DNA from: Callorhinchus milii
Taxonomy: Eukaryota
Length of the DNA: 64,000 nucleotides
Assembly (NCBI RefSeq): GCF_018977255.1
Contig: NW_024704743.1
Coordinates: 31,498,001-31,562,000, forward strand
Direction of reading: 5' to 3'
In this document: piece after piece, positions 23,470-35,469 of the stretch
How positions within the stretch are numbered: the stretch's first letter is position 1
How the letters are laid out: each line of letters opens with the position of its first letter
Notes under the pieces: generated by a model
Databases searched by the model: none
Seen by the model: the letters and a program-made list of their open reading frames with translations, nothing else
What the model was told of the DNA's origin: nothing
Translations under genes and position numbers: made by a program

Positions 23470-24245
23470 AATTATATAAGGCTAGCCAGTGCATAGAGTG
23501 ATAGACCATTGAACCCAACTACTTTATGCCAGTGTTTATACTCCACACAAGCCCCTACCCCTCCTATAACCCTCTTCTTTATCTGTGTTCTCTTCTCCCT
23601 CATGTTTGCATCAAGATTTCTCTTAAATATCTTGATACTTTTTGCTTCAACTACAGCTTCCAGCAGTGAGTTCCACATTCTTTCCACCTTCCTATCACCC
23701 TCTGTTTGAGGAAGTTCCTCCTAAATGCCCTATTAGATCTATCTCTTGGTATCCTTTATTTATACCCTCTTGTTTTGTACTCCCTGACACATGAAATAGC
23801 CTATCAACACCCACATTATCAAATCCTTTCATCATCATCTTAAGGACCCGTTTCAATCATCTCAATCTAGAAAGAAAAGCTACAACCTGTCCAATCCTTC
23901 TCGATAGCTGTATCCACTCATCCCTGGCAACATCCTTGTAAATCTACATCTTTTCAAGGCTGAATAGCCCTATCTTATCTAATCAATATTCATGATACTT
24001 TCCTTGTGCTCCTCTTCTGCACTCCCTAGGCTTCTGTCTAGTCCCCCTATGTTTCGGTGACTAGAGGTGTATGTAGTATCCTAGGTACAGGCTATCTATC
24101 CAGAGCATTGTGCAGGTTGAGCATAAGTTCTGGAGATCTAAACTCAGTTGATTTGCTAATGTAGCCCAGTATCCTGTCTGCATTGTTTATTGATCCCTCA
24201 CACTGCTTGGACATGACGAGTGATGAGTCAACTTGCAATCTACAC
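23470..24245 (-). mobile_element. CR1 LINE 3' fragment
   Basis: Minus-strand peptide ERMWNSLLEAVVEAKSIKIFKRNLD is the CR1 ORF2 C-terminus, followed by a CR1-type 3' UTR. Confidence 0.8.
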
Positions 24246-24761
24246 CTTTCGACTTCTCTAAATTGAATTTGTTAAGTGTTACACACACACCTATTGCCAC
24301 AATTTTCTAAAACCACAACTACCCCCGTTTATTTCCAGCAGACTTTTCTTTTGTTTATGATCATTGCCTTTTCTGTCGAGTGTACAGTTTTACAGCCCAT
24401 TCGTCCATTCTTATCAGGAAGATGCCAGCTGTTCATCTCTCTGCTGCAGGCTGCTGCTGATCTAGCCAATGTTAATTTTCTCCTCTAAGACCTTCATTGT
24501 TTTAAAATGAATCCTCGGCTATTTTATCTCTCTTTTTGTGAGTTGTATGCTTATTAAAGCTGATGAATGTAAGTGACTTGAAGAATGAAAGTTTTCCCCT
24601 TATATATTTTTTTACAGGTTGAACGTCAAATTCTCTCAGGTCAGGTGCAGCAATGGGGCCAAAAGGTCCGTCAATTTTCCCCCAATGTCTGAAAACATTA
24701 CATTATGTTTCTATTATTTGGACTCTCTGAATAAAGCTGTCAGGGTACTACCACTACTGCT

Positions 24762-25130
24762 AATAATAATCCTTACATTCGGTATAGTGCTTTTCACATC
24801 AGAAGTACGTCTCAAAGCGCTTCACAGGATTTAATATAAAGTGCAGTGACTGTATTTTGTTGGTGACTGTGACAGCAATGTCCCACACACAGCTACTAAT
24901 AGTGAGTGACCAATTTTTATTTGGGGTATTGTTGGCCAGGACACCAGGAGAATCTCTGAGAGGACCTTTAAAATCCACCTAAATGGGCAGATGAGCCTTG
25001 GTTTAACATCTCATTTGAAGGACGGCAGCTCCAACAATACAGCACATCCCCCAGCACTGCATTGGTGTATCAGTTTAGACTGTGTTAGTTCCAAGCCCCG
25101 ACCTGGGGCCTTGAACACACAACCTGTCAG
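24762..25130 (-). mobile_element. DeuSINE
   Basis: Reverse tail plus Deu core (ggacggcagctccaacaatacagcac). Confidence 0.75.
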
Positions 25131-26236
25131 GTTGAAATCATTTCCTACCAAATGACACACAGTTATGGACCCCAGAGATGGGGTCCATAACTGGACAGTT
25201 TACACTACACTGTAGAATTCCACACGTACAGCCCAGAAGCCAAGAACTTGAGAGCAGACGACACATTTCATTTTATAACCTTCTGTTGCACATCTGTCCG
25301 AGACCTCTGAGGCTACAGCAAGCAATAAATTTTGAATAATGGCACAATAAACAAAAATGCAGAAATAGCTTAGTGTTAGTGTATTTAAAAATGCATGGTA
25401 TTGTGCGTCTAATTATACTGCAGATATTTAGTATGAAAGATGTGTGGCATTTTATATCTCTTATTCTAGGTACACTCGATATTTGGTACAAGATCTTCTG
25501 TGTGTTATTTTCCAATACCTTCTGGTGGTGTATCCTCAACACTAAACAAGTAAATATTTTGATACTTTTTTTTGGCATAAAGATGTTTCATCTCATCTCG
25601 CCAGTTGCCTTTGGGGACAGGTTTGGGCCCAGAAACAAACTGGCAGTATAAAGGTGAGACAGTGAAAGGTCGCAGACCGTGAACTGTTCACACATTTCCT
25701 TGTTAAGACAAACCCTAATAAGTTCTGGTTTGACTTTTCACTGAGAAAGTTTGACACAGTCCATTTCCAGACATGTTTCTTTGTGGTACACTGAGTGGAA
25801 TGGTCTAACACTGTTGCCATTCCATTCTCCATCACTGTCCTTCAAATTCCTTAAAAAAAAATTGGTCACTGCAATCCATGACTGCTTGTGGACACTGCTG
25901 TGCGCAATTGACTGCCAAGTTTCGCCCACAAAATATGCAGTCAATTCACTTTACAGTATTTTCTGTGAAGTGCTTTGAGACGTCTCGAAGATGTGATAAG
26001 GTGCTAAATCAAATGCAAGGATTATTATTATATTAATATTAATGTCTCTTCTTTCTATTCATGGCTCTGCATTTTCTTGGTTTCACTTCTGCCTGTCCCA
26101 ACTTCTTCACTACAATTTACTGTACACTTCTATATTCCTGTACATATACATTTAATAATAAAACATTCTTGCATTTTAAATACCTATTGTGAAAAATCGG
26201 GTTACAGTAATTACTGTTGAGTGTAGTGACTGCGCT

Positions 26237-26555
26237 TATAATAATAATAATAATCCTTGCATTTGATATAGCGCTTTTCACGTCGGGAGGACGTCCCAAA
26301 GCGCTTCACAGAACACACTGTAAAGTGAATTGACTGTATATTTGTGGGCGAACGCGGCAGCCAATTGCGCACAGCAACGTCCCACAAACAGTCGTAGATT
26401 GAAAATGACCAATTTATTATTGTTTTTTGTTTTGGAGGGATTATTATTAGGCGTGTGGAGTAAGGAAACTTGCCCAAGGTTTCGCCCTGCCTGGAATTGA
26501 ACTCAGGTCTCTCGCTTGCAAAGCGAGTGCTCTAACCACTGAGCTACCGGACTCC
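26237..26555 (-). mobile_element. tRNA(Ala)-derived SINE, internally deleted
   Basis: Head ctcgcttgcaaagcgagtgctctaaccactgagctac; the tail carries the L2-type acgtcgggaggacgt loop. Confidence 0.85.
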
Positions 26556-26769
26556 ACGCTGCCAATTTGCACTCAACAATGTTTTGCAAACCACCGGGAG
26601 GTGAATGATCAATTTATCTGGCAGAATATTTGCCAGGACACTGTGCTTGTACTAGCATGAAAGTTTCTAGCCTGGTACACATACATTTAAAATACCAGCC
26701 GTGAAAATCTATACTTGGATACATATACAAGTATTTATTGTGAAATTTGTTATCCCTGGTCATTTGTAT

Positions 26770-27200
26770 GCCAGCTTGGCTCAGTTGGCACCATTCTCTT
26801 CTCTGAGTCAGAAGGTTGTGGGTTCAATCCCCACCTCTGAACTTGGGATTCAGTCTGCGCTGACAACCCAATACAGCGCTGGGAAGGGGGGGTTGCTGCA
26901 TTCAGATGTTGCCATCCTTGAGATGAGACATTAAACAAAGTTTGTTAAACCAAATACTGTCTGTTCAGGTGGAAGTTAAAGATCCCATTGCACTATTCGA
27001 AAAGAGAGTTTCTACTGGTGTCTTAGCCAGCAATAGCCTAAATAAAATAGGTCATTCACTTACGTCTTATGTGTTTGTGGGACATTGCTGTGCACAAATT
27101 GGCTGCCATGTTTGCCCACAATATATACAGTAACTGCACTTTACAGTATATCCTGCGGAACACTTTGGGACATCTTCCCGATGTGAAAAGTGCTTTACGA
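26770..27200 (+). mobile_element. DeuSINE, full length
   Basis: ttggctcagttggca...tctgagtcagaaggttgtgggttcaatccc head, Deu core, tail. Confidence 0.85.
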
Positions 27201-27864
27201 ATTGTATGGAGCATTAGCTTATTATATATAAACATATTTGGGTGCAGTCTATAACCCAGTACATATAGACTGGTAGCTGCTGTGGAATTCTACACCCTGT
27301 ACATTTACAGTTTCATTTATACCCTGTACACATGCACCAATATTTATTGTGAAATTCTGTATCACATTATAATCTGGTACTTACTGTTTAACAAAGCTGT
27401 AATATCCCAACCGCAGCAAGTGAACAGTTGTTTCATAACATGGCAATAACGGTGCTGTAAATAATTAACACATCTTTAATATTAAAAAAGCTGCTGGAGA
27501 ACTGGGATAATGAATTAGTAATATTTCAGTCAACTTGCTAATGCAAGAGTCTACCCAGATTATAAATATTTATGGTGCCTACCTACCATGCTTGGTTAAT
27601 TTGTAATAAATGCTGATGAAGAAAGATTTTAAAATGTGCTTCTGCTCCATTTGGTGATCTCCTTCTTCATCTATGTGCAGTTCTCATTCAGGTTATTATC
27701 CTGGAAATGGTAAATGGCGTCTGGTAATGAGCGAAAGCTCCATTTCCCTGCCATCAAACTGCTGCAATGTGACACCAGCTAAACTCCAAATGAGTTACTG
27801 CTATTTTTCAAGTGGACTCTTAAAATTACATTGTTAAAATTGTAAAAAAAAATTTAAGCAATCA

Positions 27865-28150
27865 TCAACAGCAACAACTTGCACTCACCCTTCATCCAGC
27901 TAGCATCCCAGAGCACTTAACAGAGGCAGAGCTTGATCTTGATGTTGAGCTGGAGGGAAAGGAGTGGTGACCGTAAGCACGGTAAAAGAGGATATGGAAA
28001 CGTATGGAAGGAAAAATAATTCAAGCCTCTTTAGGGGAGGAACAGGGGAGTAGAAAGAATGGAAAAGCTCGAGCTGGTCTTTAGGTATGACCTGAAGAGC
28101 AAATGTGGGAGGCATGGTGGAGGGATTGAGGCAGAGAGTTGTAGAGTTTA
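27865..28150 (-). mobile_element. L2 3' fragment containing an 84-bp insertion
   Basis: The L2 motif aaagaggat|ggtctt is split by 27994-28077. Confidence 0.7.
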
Positions 28151-29216
28151 TTTATCTGTTACTGTAAGATTGCATATGCACTTGATAGTGTCGGTGTGCA
28201 GTGATTTGCAGTAACCGAGAGGTGAATGGTGTTCTGCTGGTATCACCCAAAAGAAGTCCCAACCCCAAAGAAGAGCATGAGCCTCAGTGTGTGATCAGTG
28301 ATCACACCAGCCACATGGTGTCCACAATCAAGGAAGAATCTTCTTGGTATTTCAGGCAGGGAATGGCAGCGAGCTGGAGCTAGAGCTGGAGTAGATCCCT
28401 ACAGAGCTCTGAGAGTCTCGGTCTCCCAGCTTGAGCTTTTCCATTCTTTCTACTCCCCTGTTTCTCCTCTAAAGAGGCCTGACTTCTTTTTCCTTCCATA
28501 CTTTTCCATGGGTACCAATCACCCTGCTGTACCTCACCAGTACCTCCAGTGCCAATTGTAGTGCCCCCAATTTTATCACAGGAGAGAAGGGAGTTTGAAA
28601 AAAGAAGTGAGGTTTTTTTTGTATCCTGGCCAGCGAACCTCCAGATAAATTGACCCTTCATTTACTTCATGGCTGTCTGTGGGGACCTTACTATGAGCAA
28701 ATGAGCTGTTGTGTTTGATTACAAATACACAGTCTCTACAGTTGACAGCAATTCCCTGTGAAGCACTTTGAGAAGCTTCAACATTCCAGCATTAAATCAA
28801 AATACTGTATTAAAACTGAATTAAAATTCAAGATTGTGCAGAACATTGTAACATTCTTCAATTCAGTCTTTACTTGCAAGTAATATACAGAGCTACATTT
28901 ATTACTGTACTTTGAATTCCTCTTGGAACAAACATCTTTTCTAACATTTTTGTCACTGACACAAAAAACAGTGCTGAAATGGTCTCTTCCTGTGTTATCC
29001 ATTTTTATGGCTATTATACGCTTACACTTAAATTTGTGCATGATTACCAGTCCTATCTCTTATCTCCTTGTATCTTCATCTGAGCAGTAAAATTATGTAA
29101 CCAGCAAAATTTCCTTTCAGCTCATTACTATTATTATGATAATAAACCTTTGCTTTTATATAAATAATCAAAATGCAATATTTTAGAATGTTTTGGAGGT
29201 TTTCTATTTTATGTTG

Positions 29217-29690
29217 AACAACAACAACAAAATTACATTTGTATAGCGCCTTTCACACTGGGAGGACGTCCCAAGGTGCTGGACAAACAGAGTTATGGAC
29301 CCGAGCTGGGGGTGTTGGTGGGGGCGGGTGGAGGGCGGAGGGGGGGAAGCAGGGAGATCGAAAGCACGGTCAAAGAGGATGGTCTTGAGGTGGGTCTTGA
29401 AGGTGGCGAGGGAGGGAGTGAGACGGAGGGACTGCGGGATGGAATTCCAGAGGCTGGGGGCAGAGTGGCGGAAGGCCCGCCCACTGATAGTGGAGTGAGC
29501 GAGGCGGGGGACGTGAAGCAGAGGGAGCGGAGGGAGCGAAGTAGGAGGTTAGGAGGTCAGAGAGGTAGGGGGGAGCAAGACCATGGAGGGCTTTGAAGGT
29601 GAGGACCAGGATCTTGAACTGTATCCTCTGTGTGATGGGAAGCCAGTGGAGTTGGGCATGGATGGGGGTGATAGGGTCGTGGAACCTGCG
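29217..29690 (-). mobile_element. L2 3' fragment
   Basis: (CAA)n tail and stem-loop; high similarity to the 8649 and 12757 copies. Confidence 0.85.
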
Positions 29691-29829
29691 GTGTGAAACA
29701 GGCCGCCGAATAGGTTGAATATTGAAGTTAATTTTTTTGTGATTAATTTTTTGTGATTAACTCTCTGCAAATAACAGTCTGTGGTGGGGGGAGGGAGAAA
29801 AATATTTATTTTCACCTAAACACATCAAA

Positions 29830-30490
29830 AAGCAATGCACTTTTAATTATCATCAAGTGCAGTGACGACTAACCCATTTTTATAGGCAAATGCACCAACT
29901 ATATGTGTGCACAGCAAGGTTCCACAATCAGCTATGAGGTGAATGATCCATTAATCTGGAGGATTGTTGGCCAGGACACTGGGAGAAACACATTTCCCTT
30001 TGCAAATATGGGCATGGGATTATTATCATCCACCTGAATGGGCAGATGGATGCATGTTGGTTTAACATCTCACAACAACAACAACTTGCACTTATGTAGC
30101 ACCCTCCATGCAGGGTAGCATTCCAGAGCCCTTAACACTGTCTGAGGGGGCAAGGTGGAGGGTTTGAGGGAGAGTGTTCCAGAGTTTTGTGGCGTAGTGG
30201 CTGAATGCGCGATCTCCAATGGTGGAGCAGAGGACGCGAGGGACAAGCAGCAGGCTGGTGACAGTCGAGTAGAGGCCCCGGGTGGTGAATTGTAGAGTGA
30301 GGAGGTAGGGAGGTGCCAGGGGTTGAAGGGATTTGAGAAGCCCCCAAAAAAGAGGCACGTCCGACAATGCAGTATTCCCCTAGTACTGAAGTGAAAGTGT
30401 TACGCCCAGACTGAGTTCAAGTCAGGCTTAAATGCATTCTATCTGACACAGAAGAGAGGAGAGTGTGAGAGCTGCCAACTCAGCCAAATT
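29830..30490 (-). mobile_element. DeuSINE interrupted by an L2 3' fragment (30073-30345)
   Basis: Deu core ggtttaacatctca|...|ggcacgtccgacaatgcag is split by L2 sequence (FSHYATKLWNTLP). Confidence 0.75.
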
Positions 30491-31634
30491 CACACATTTA
30501 CAAGGTTTTTGATATACTTAAAAGAGCTTTGATCATTATTGAGTGTGTTTTGTTCAGTAAGTGAGATTTGCACATGGCTCATGCTGTAGAGTTAAGTTTG
30601 CCACCATTTGCAATGTCTCATATTAATAATTCATTCCACAAAAAAGGGCACTCATTCCATAGCTATTTGTGGGACGTTGCTGTGCACATACTGGCTGATG
30701 TGTGATGTGTTTTGCCTACAAAATCCACTTTACAGTATATCCTGTGAAGCGCTTTGAGACGTTTCAACGATACGATATAGCGCTACATCAAATGCAAGGA
30801 TTATTATTATTATAACATTAGCACATTTTATAAAGAGATTCTATCAATTGTGCTGAAATGCTAATTCATTATTCTTGGGGTCAAACGCCTCAATTACTAA
30901 AGACATACAATTATACTATGGCTTATTAACCAAATTTGCTGTACAGTAGTTTGATTATTATTGCGTTTTCACTTATCATTAAGTACCAAATGTGACACTT
31001 AAAATTGTTTTCTCAATATACTGCATTCACAAACAGATATCAGCTATAGTTGTCCTGTCAGGAGATTTACATTGCATGAACTGACTATAATGCATTGGTT
31101 CAGAAGAGCTATTTAGTTATGAGAAGCGATGAGAAAAAATGAACTGCTTTCAACAATTTGCATTTGTATAACAATTTTGATGTTAGGAGGATGCCTCAAA
31201 ATGCTTCACACAGCTATCTGGGCACCCCAGCTGAGGAGTGGGGGAAAGAGCTGAGGATGGTGGCAAAATGTGGCTGAAAGTATGGTTGAAAGGATAGATG
31301 TATGGACAGATTTTGATGGTGCGTGGGCGGAAGTAAGGCAGAAGGACACTGGGATGGAGTTGCATATAATAGAGTTGGGGCAGAATGGCTGAAAGCTCAT
31401 CCATCAATAGTGGAACGTTTCATGCGAAGGGCATGAAGCAGGCTGATGTGTGCTGAGTGGATGGCACTGCTGGGTAATAGAAAGTCACAGAGGTATGGTG
31501 GGGCGAGCCTGCAGAGGGATTGGAAAGAGGGATTTATTTAGGACAAAGAAAGAAGTAGATCTGATCCAATAGACCACGATAGCTGATTTTTTATTGTGAA
31601 TGTATTATATTATGAATGGGTTTGTTATAATGTA

Positions 31635-32140
31635 ATAATAATCCTTGTGTTTGATATAGCTCCTTATCACATTGTTGAGACATCTCAAAATGCTTCACAG
31701 GATTTACTTTAAAGTGGATTGACTGTGTATTTTGTGGGCAAAACGCAGGAGCCAGTTTTATAATAAATAAAAATAATCCCTGCATTTGATATGCAGAGCC
31801 TTACCACGTCTTCGAGACGTCAAGCGCTCTGAGATGCCATCCGGCGTGGAGGGCGCTATATAAGTCCAAGCTGTTGTTGTTGTTGTCTCAAAGCACTTCA
31901 CATAACATACTGTAAAGTGAATTGACTGTATGTTTTGTGGGCGAAACGCAGCAGCCAATTGCGCACAGCAGTGTCCCACAAACAGTCGTGGATTGAATGA
32001 CCAATTTATTTATTTTTTTGAAGAAATTATTACCCCGGAATAGCAATCTGCCAATCAACTAACAACCGGGTTCCTGCTTACTGCTAGGTAAACAGAGGCG
32101 TGTGGAGTAAGGAAACTTGCCCAGCGTTTCACCCTGCCAT
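31635..32140 (-). mobile_element. Stacked SINE tails plus tRNA(Ala)-SINE body, with a ~65-bp + strand L2 tail at 31821-31884
   Basis: Reverse-complement SINE; the insert is only a stem-loop plus (TTG)n. Confidence 0.8.
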
Positions 32141-32169
32141 GAAATATCAATTACATTTATGATTGACCT

Positions 32170-32370
32170 CAGTGGTGACATAAGCCCTGGCTCTCGGTGC
32201 TGATCACTATCTGGTAAGAACTGCTGGAACGTGTGTCTGTGGATGTGAGGTGAGAACAGCATTGGATTCAGCAGCAATGCCCTCGCTGCTCAAATCGGCC
32301 ACTGATATTCACTGTCTGGGCTTTCACATGATCGATGGCCACTTGGCTAACATTCTGCAATTGGTATCCA
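32170..32370 (+). mobile_element. AmnSINE2-like fragment
   Basis: ctgatcactatctgg...ctgctggaa.gtgtgtctgtggatgt...cactgtctgggct..cacatga...atggccacttgg. Confidence 0.6.
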
Positions 32371-32394
32371 TAATGCTGTATTCCAACTGGAGTG

Positions 32395-32950
32395 CACAAC
32401 AACAAATTACATGTTGGGAGGACGTCCCAAAGCATCCCAAAGGATGTGAACCCCTGCAGGAGATCGAGATCGGGAGGGGTGGAGGGCAGGGAGGATAGAG
32501 GAAGTATGATGACTGAAGGCACAGGTGAAAAGGAGGATCTTGACACATACCTTGAAGGAGGCAAGAGAGGGAGCGAGGCGAAGGAACTGTGGGATGGAGT
32601 TCCAGAGTGTCACAAGCGAGAGGGCCTGGGTTCGATTCCCAGGCAGAGCGAAACTTTGGGCAAGTTTCCTTTCTCCACATGCCTCAGTTCACCTAGCAGT
32701 AAGTAGGAACCAGGTTGGCGGATTGCTTTTTCGGGGAAAATAATCCCTTTCAAAAATTAAAAAAAAATAATACAAATTTGGTCACTCAATCCACGGCTGT
32801 TTGTGGGACACTGCTGTGCACAATTGGCTGTTGCATTTTGCCCACAGAATATACAGTCAATTCACTTTACAGTATATTCTGTGAAGCGCTTTGAGACGTC
32901 TCGAAGACGTGAAAAGGCACCATATCAAATGCAAGGATTATTATTATTAT
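32395..32950. mobile_element. L2 3' end (- strand, 32395-32609) abutting a tRNA(Ala)-SINE (+ strand, 32611-32950)
   Basis: Head-to-head junction gagttccagagtgt|cacaagcgagagg. Confidence 0.8.
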
Positions 32951-33044
32951 TTTGGATTCACTAGAGAGGTTGCCATTTTATATTTAATTTTATTGAATTT
33001 TATGTCATGAGCTTGACACCACTACAAACAGGGTTGACATTGAC

Positions 33045-33140
33045 CTTAGGACCTTTCAGCCTACAGAGAGAGGAGACTTTCATCCCATTAGTTTGGGGCT
33101 GAACTTGAGCCGAGATCCCAGAGCTGAAAAGAGGACAGTG
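33045..33140 (-). mobile_element. LF-SINE-like 5' head fragment
   Basis: Reverse strand tttcagctctgggatctcggctcaagttcagccc...gaaagtc...ggctg resembles the LF-SINE head as I recall it. Confidence 0.45.
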
Positions 33141-34854
33141 ATAATGATAATAATAATCCTTGTATTTGATGTAGCTCCTTATCACGTCTTCGAGACATCT
33201 CAAAGCGCTTCACATGATATACTGTAAAGTGAATTGACTGTATATTTTGTGGGTGAGAACTCACTGCACAAAACAGTTTTCAGACTAAGACTCAAACCAG
33301 CTGATCTCCAATCACATTCAATAAATATGGTCCCTAGAATTCCACTACCTGTCTGCTGCTAATGAACAATACAAATGTATTAACCCTAGGATGCAGTACT
33401 GAGAGGGTTAATGCTGGAAGCAGCTGTTTTGTCCTTCCTCAAACCTTCAAGGAAATGCTGGTGCTGGAGATGGTGTAAAACCTCATGTTTCAACACTTTC
33501 AAACTCTCTCTCACCTACCCTCACTCCTCCTCTAAGAGCTTTTATTTTATGTCGCTGCACACTCTTTATAATTCTGTGTTTGTGGCTGTATTTCATTTGG
33601 AAACGGCTTTTCTTTATGAAGTTAATATCCATATCAGTATTTTACAGCGTACAGTAAAGCACAACATTTACTAAAGACTGGCTCACCACTCTGGACAAGA
33701 GGTTTTGTAAATATATCAAGGGAGCCCAGTTATCAAAAAGTAACATAACCCTTAAAGCTGCCAGGAAAGGTATTAAAAATATGAAAATCTGTTTGAATCT
33801 GATAAGCTACTTATATTTAGATGGCAGCTTTGTCTATGGGGGAGGTGGGGGGAACCATATAGGATATTTAGTCAAAGCTGTGTCGAACAGTTCCTAAAAG
33901 ATATATTCATCAAAACAAAGCTAATTGAACACGCCTGCAGAGATAAGCAGTCAGGGCAATTTGCTCTATTTAAATTTCTTTTTTTCGCAAATCCAGAAAA
34001 GAAATCAATTACTAAGCACACCTGAATTTTCTTTCCTCAACAGAAATCCAAATTACTCGGCAACTTATCGCTCACTATTGCTGGCCTGGTATTAAAGAAA
34101 ACAATCAACTCTGTAGGATTAATCTCTGACAGCTGCCTTATCTTTACCTTGCACCTTTGTTATTGTCTGATGAGCTTCTGCCTTTCACTGTCACGTTGTA
34201 CCATACCTCACCAGTTCCTTTCATTTTATCATCAGGGAACGGCCAGGGACCTTTCAGTTTATTAAAAACCTTTATTTGGGATGAACAAAGAGGGAAAAAG
34301 GCAAACAATGAGGTCACACAATCTCCTTTCTGCCAGGAGTCACTCACCTGTTACTTAGGGTGTTATCAGACAGTGGGACTTGCCTCAGCGAGAATGGGTT
34401 TCTGTCAGGACACTCTTTTTAAAAGCACATCAACCTCTAGCCAAGGTCCCCGTGTTCCGATAACTTAAATAGTGCTGTTTCTGCCACTGTGCCGGCTGCA
34501 GTTCAAAAAACACATGAACGCAGACTCTCTAGCAACCACAGGTGGGAGAAGAAAATGGGCATGTTTCTATTAGAGAGCCTATCAATTGCAAGTGGAACAT
34601 TTTATGTAGGAGGCCATGTCGGCTGGGAGTGAAACGTAAAAATGTCACATACATTTACAGTTTGGAGGGATATTGTCAGAGGCACCTCAACTTTGTTCCC
34701 CTCCCCCTTCACATATAGTTGCTTTCACACAATGCGTTATGACTGCAGTTTGCTGCCAGTGATTTATGACTGCCATATACAGTAAAACTGGCATAAGTTT
34801 GATCAGTCGGGACCATAACATTTAATATGATTTACTCAAAGTCAGAGTTACGGG

Positions 34855-35140
34855 CAACAGCAACAACAACAAATTGTATTTCTATAGTGTCTTTCACAAA
34901 GGGAGGATGTCCCAAGGTGCTGGACAGTCAGAGATTTGGACCTAAACAGGGGATTGGGATTGGTGGGGGGTGTGGAGGGCAGGGAGGGTAGGGGTAGGAG
35001 GGTGACCAAAGAGGAGGATCTTCAGACGTGCCTTGAAGGAGGCAAGGGAGTAAGCAAGGTGAAGGGACTGTGGGATGGAGTTCCAAAGGGTGGTGGCAGA
35101 GAGGCTGAAAGCCCGACCGCCGATTGTGGTGTGTTGAATT
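34855..35140 (-). mobile_element. L2 3' fragment
   Basis: (CAA)n tail and L2 3' sequence. Confidence 0.8.
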
Positions 35141-35450
35141 GTCCAAGGTCTTTCTGATGTGAAAGGAGCTACATAAATGTAGTTTGCTACTGTTGTTGTT
35201 GTTAAAGAAAAGTTTTTAAGAACATTTTAAAGGTGAGGAGAGCCAGTCATGAGGCTAAAAGATTTTAGGAGAAATCTTTTTATAACAATCAGGCTCCTTT
35301 GCCTCTCTCTATTGTGATGTCCCAGTGTCGATACCTGAGCTCATACTATTGAGGGCATCTCACCACAGCCTTGAAATGAGCAGCATTATCAGTGTAGCAG
35401 ATGGAACTCTTAGCCACAATGAATGAGGACAACTCCTTGATAGAAAGGTA

Positions 35451-35469
35451 TGGCCACTAGGGGGAATGA
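35451..35469 (+). promoter_or_regulatory. CTCF-like motif
   Basis: tggccactagggggaatga. Confidence 0.4.
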
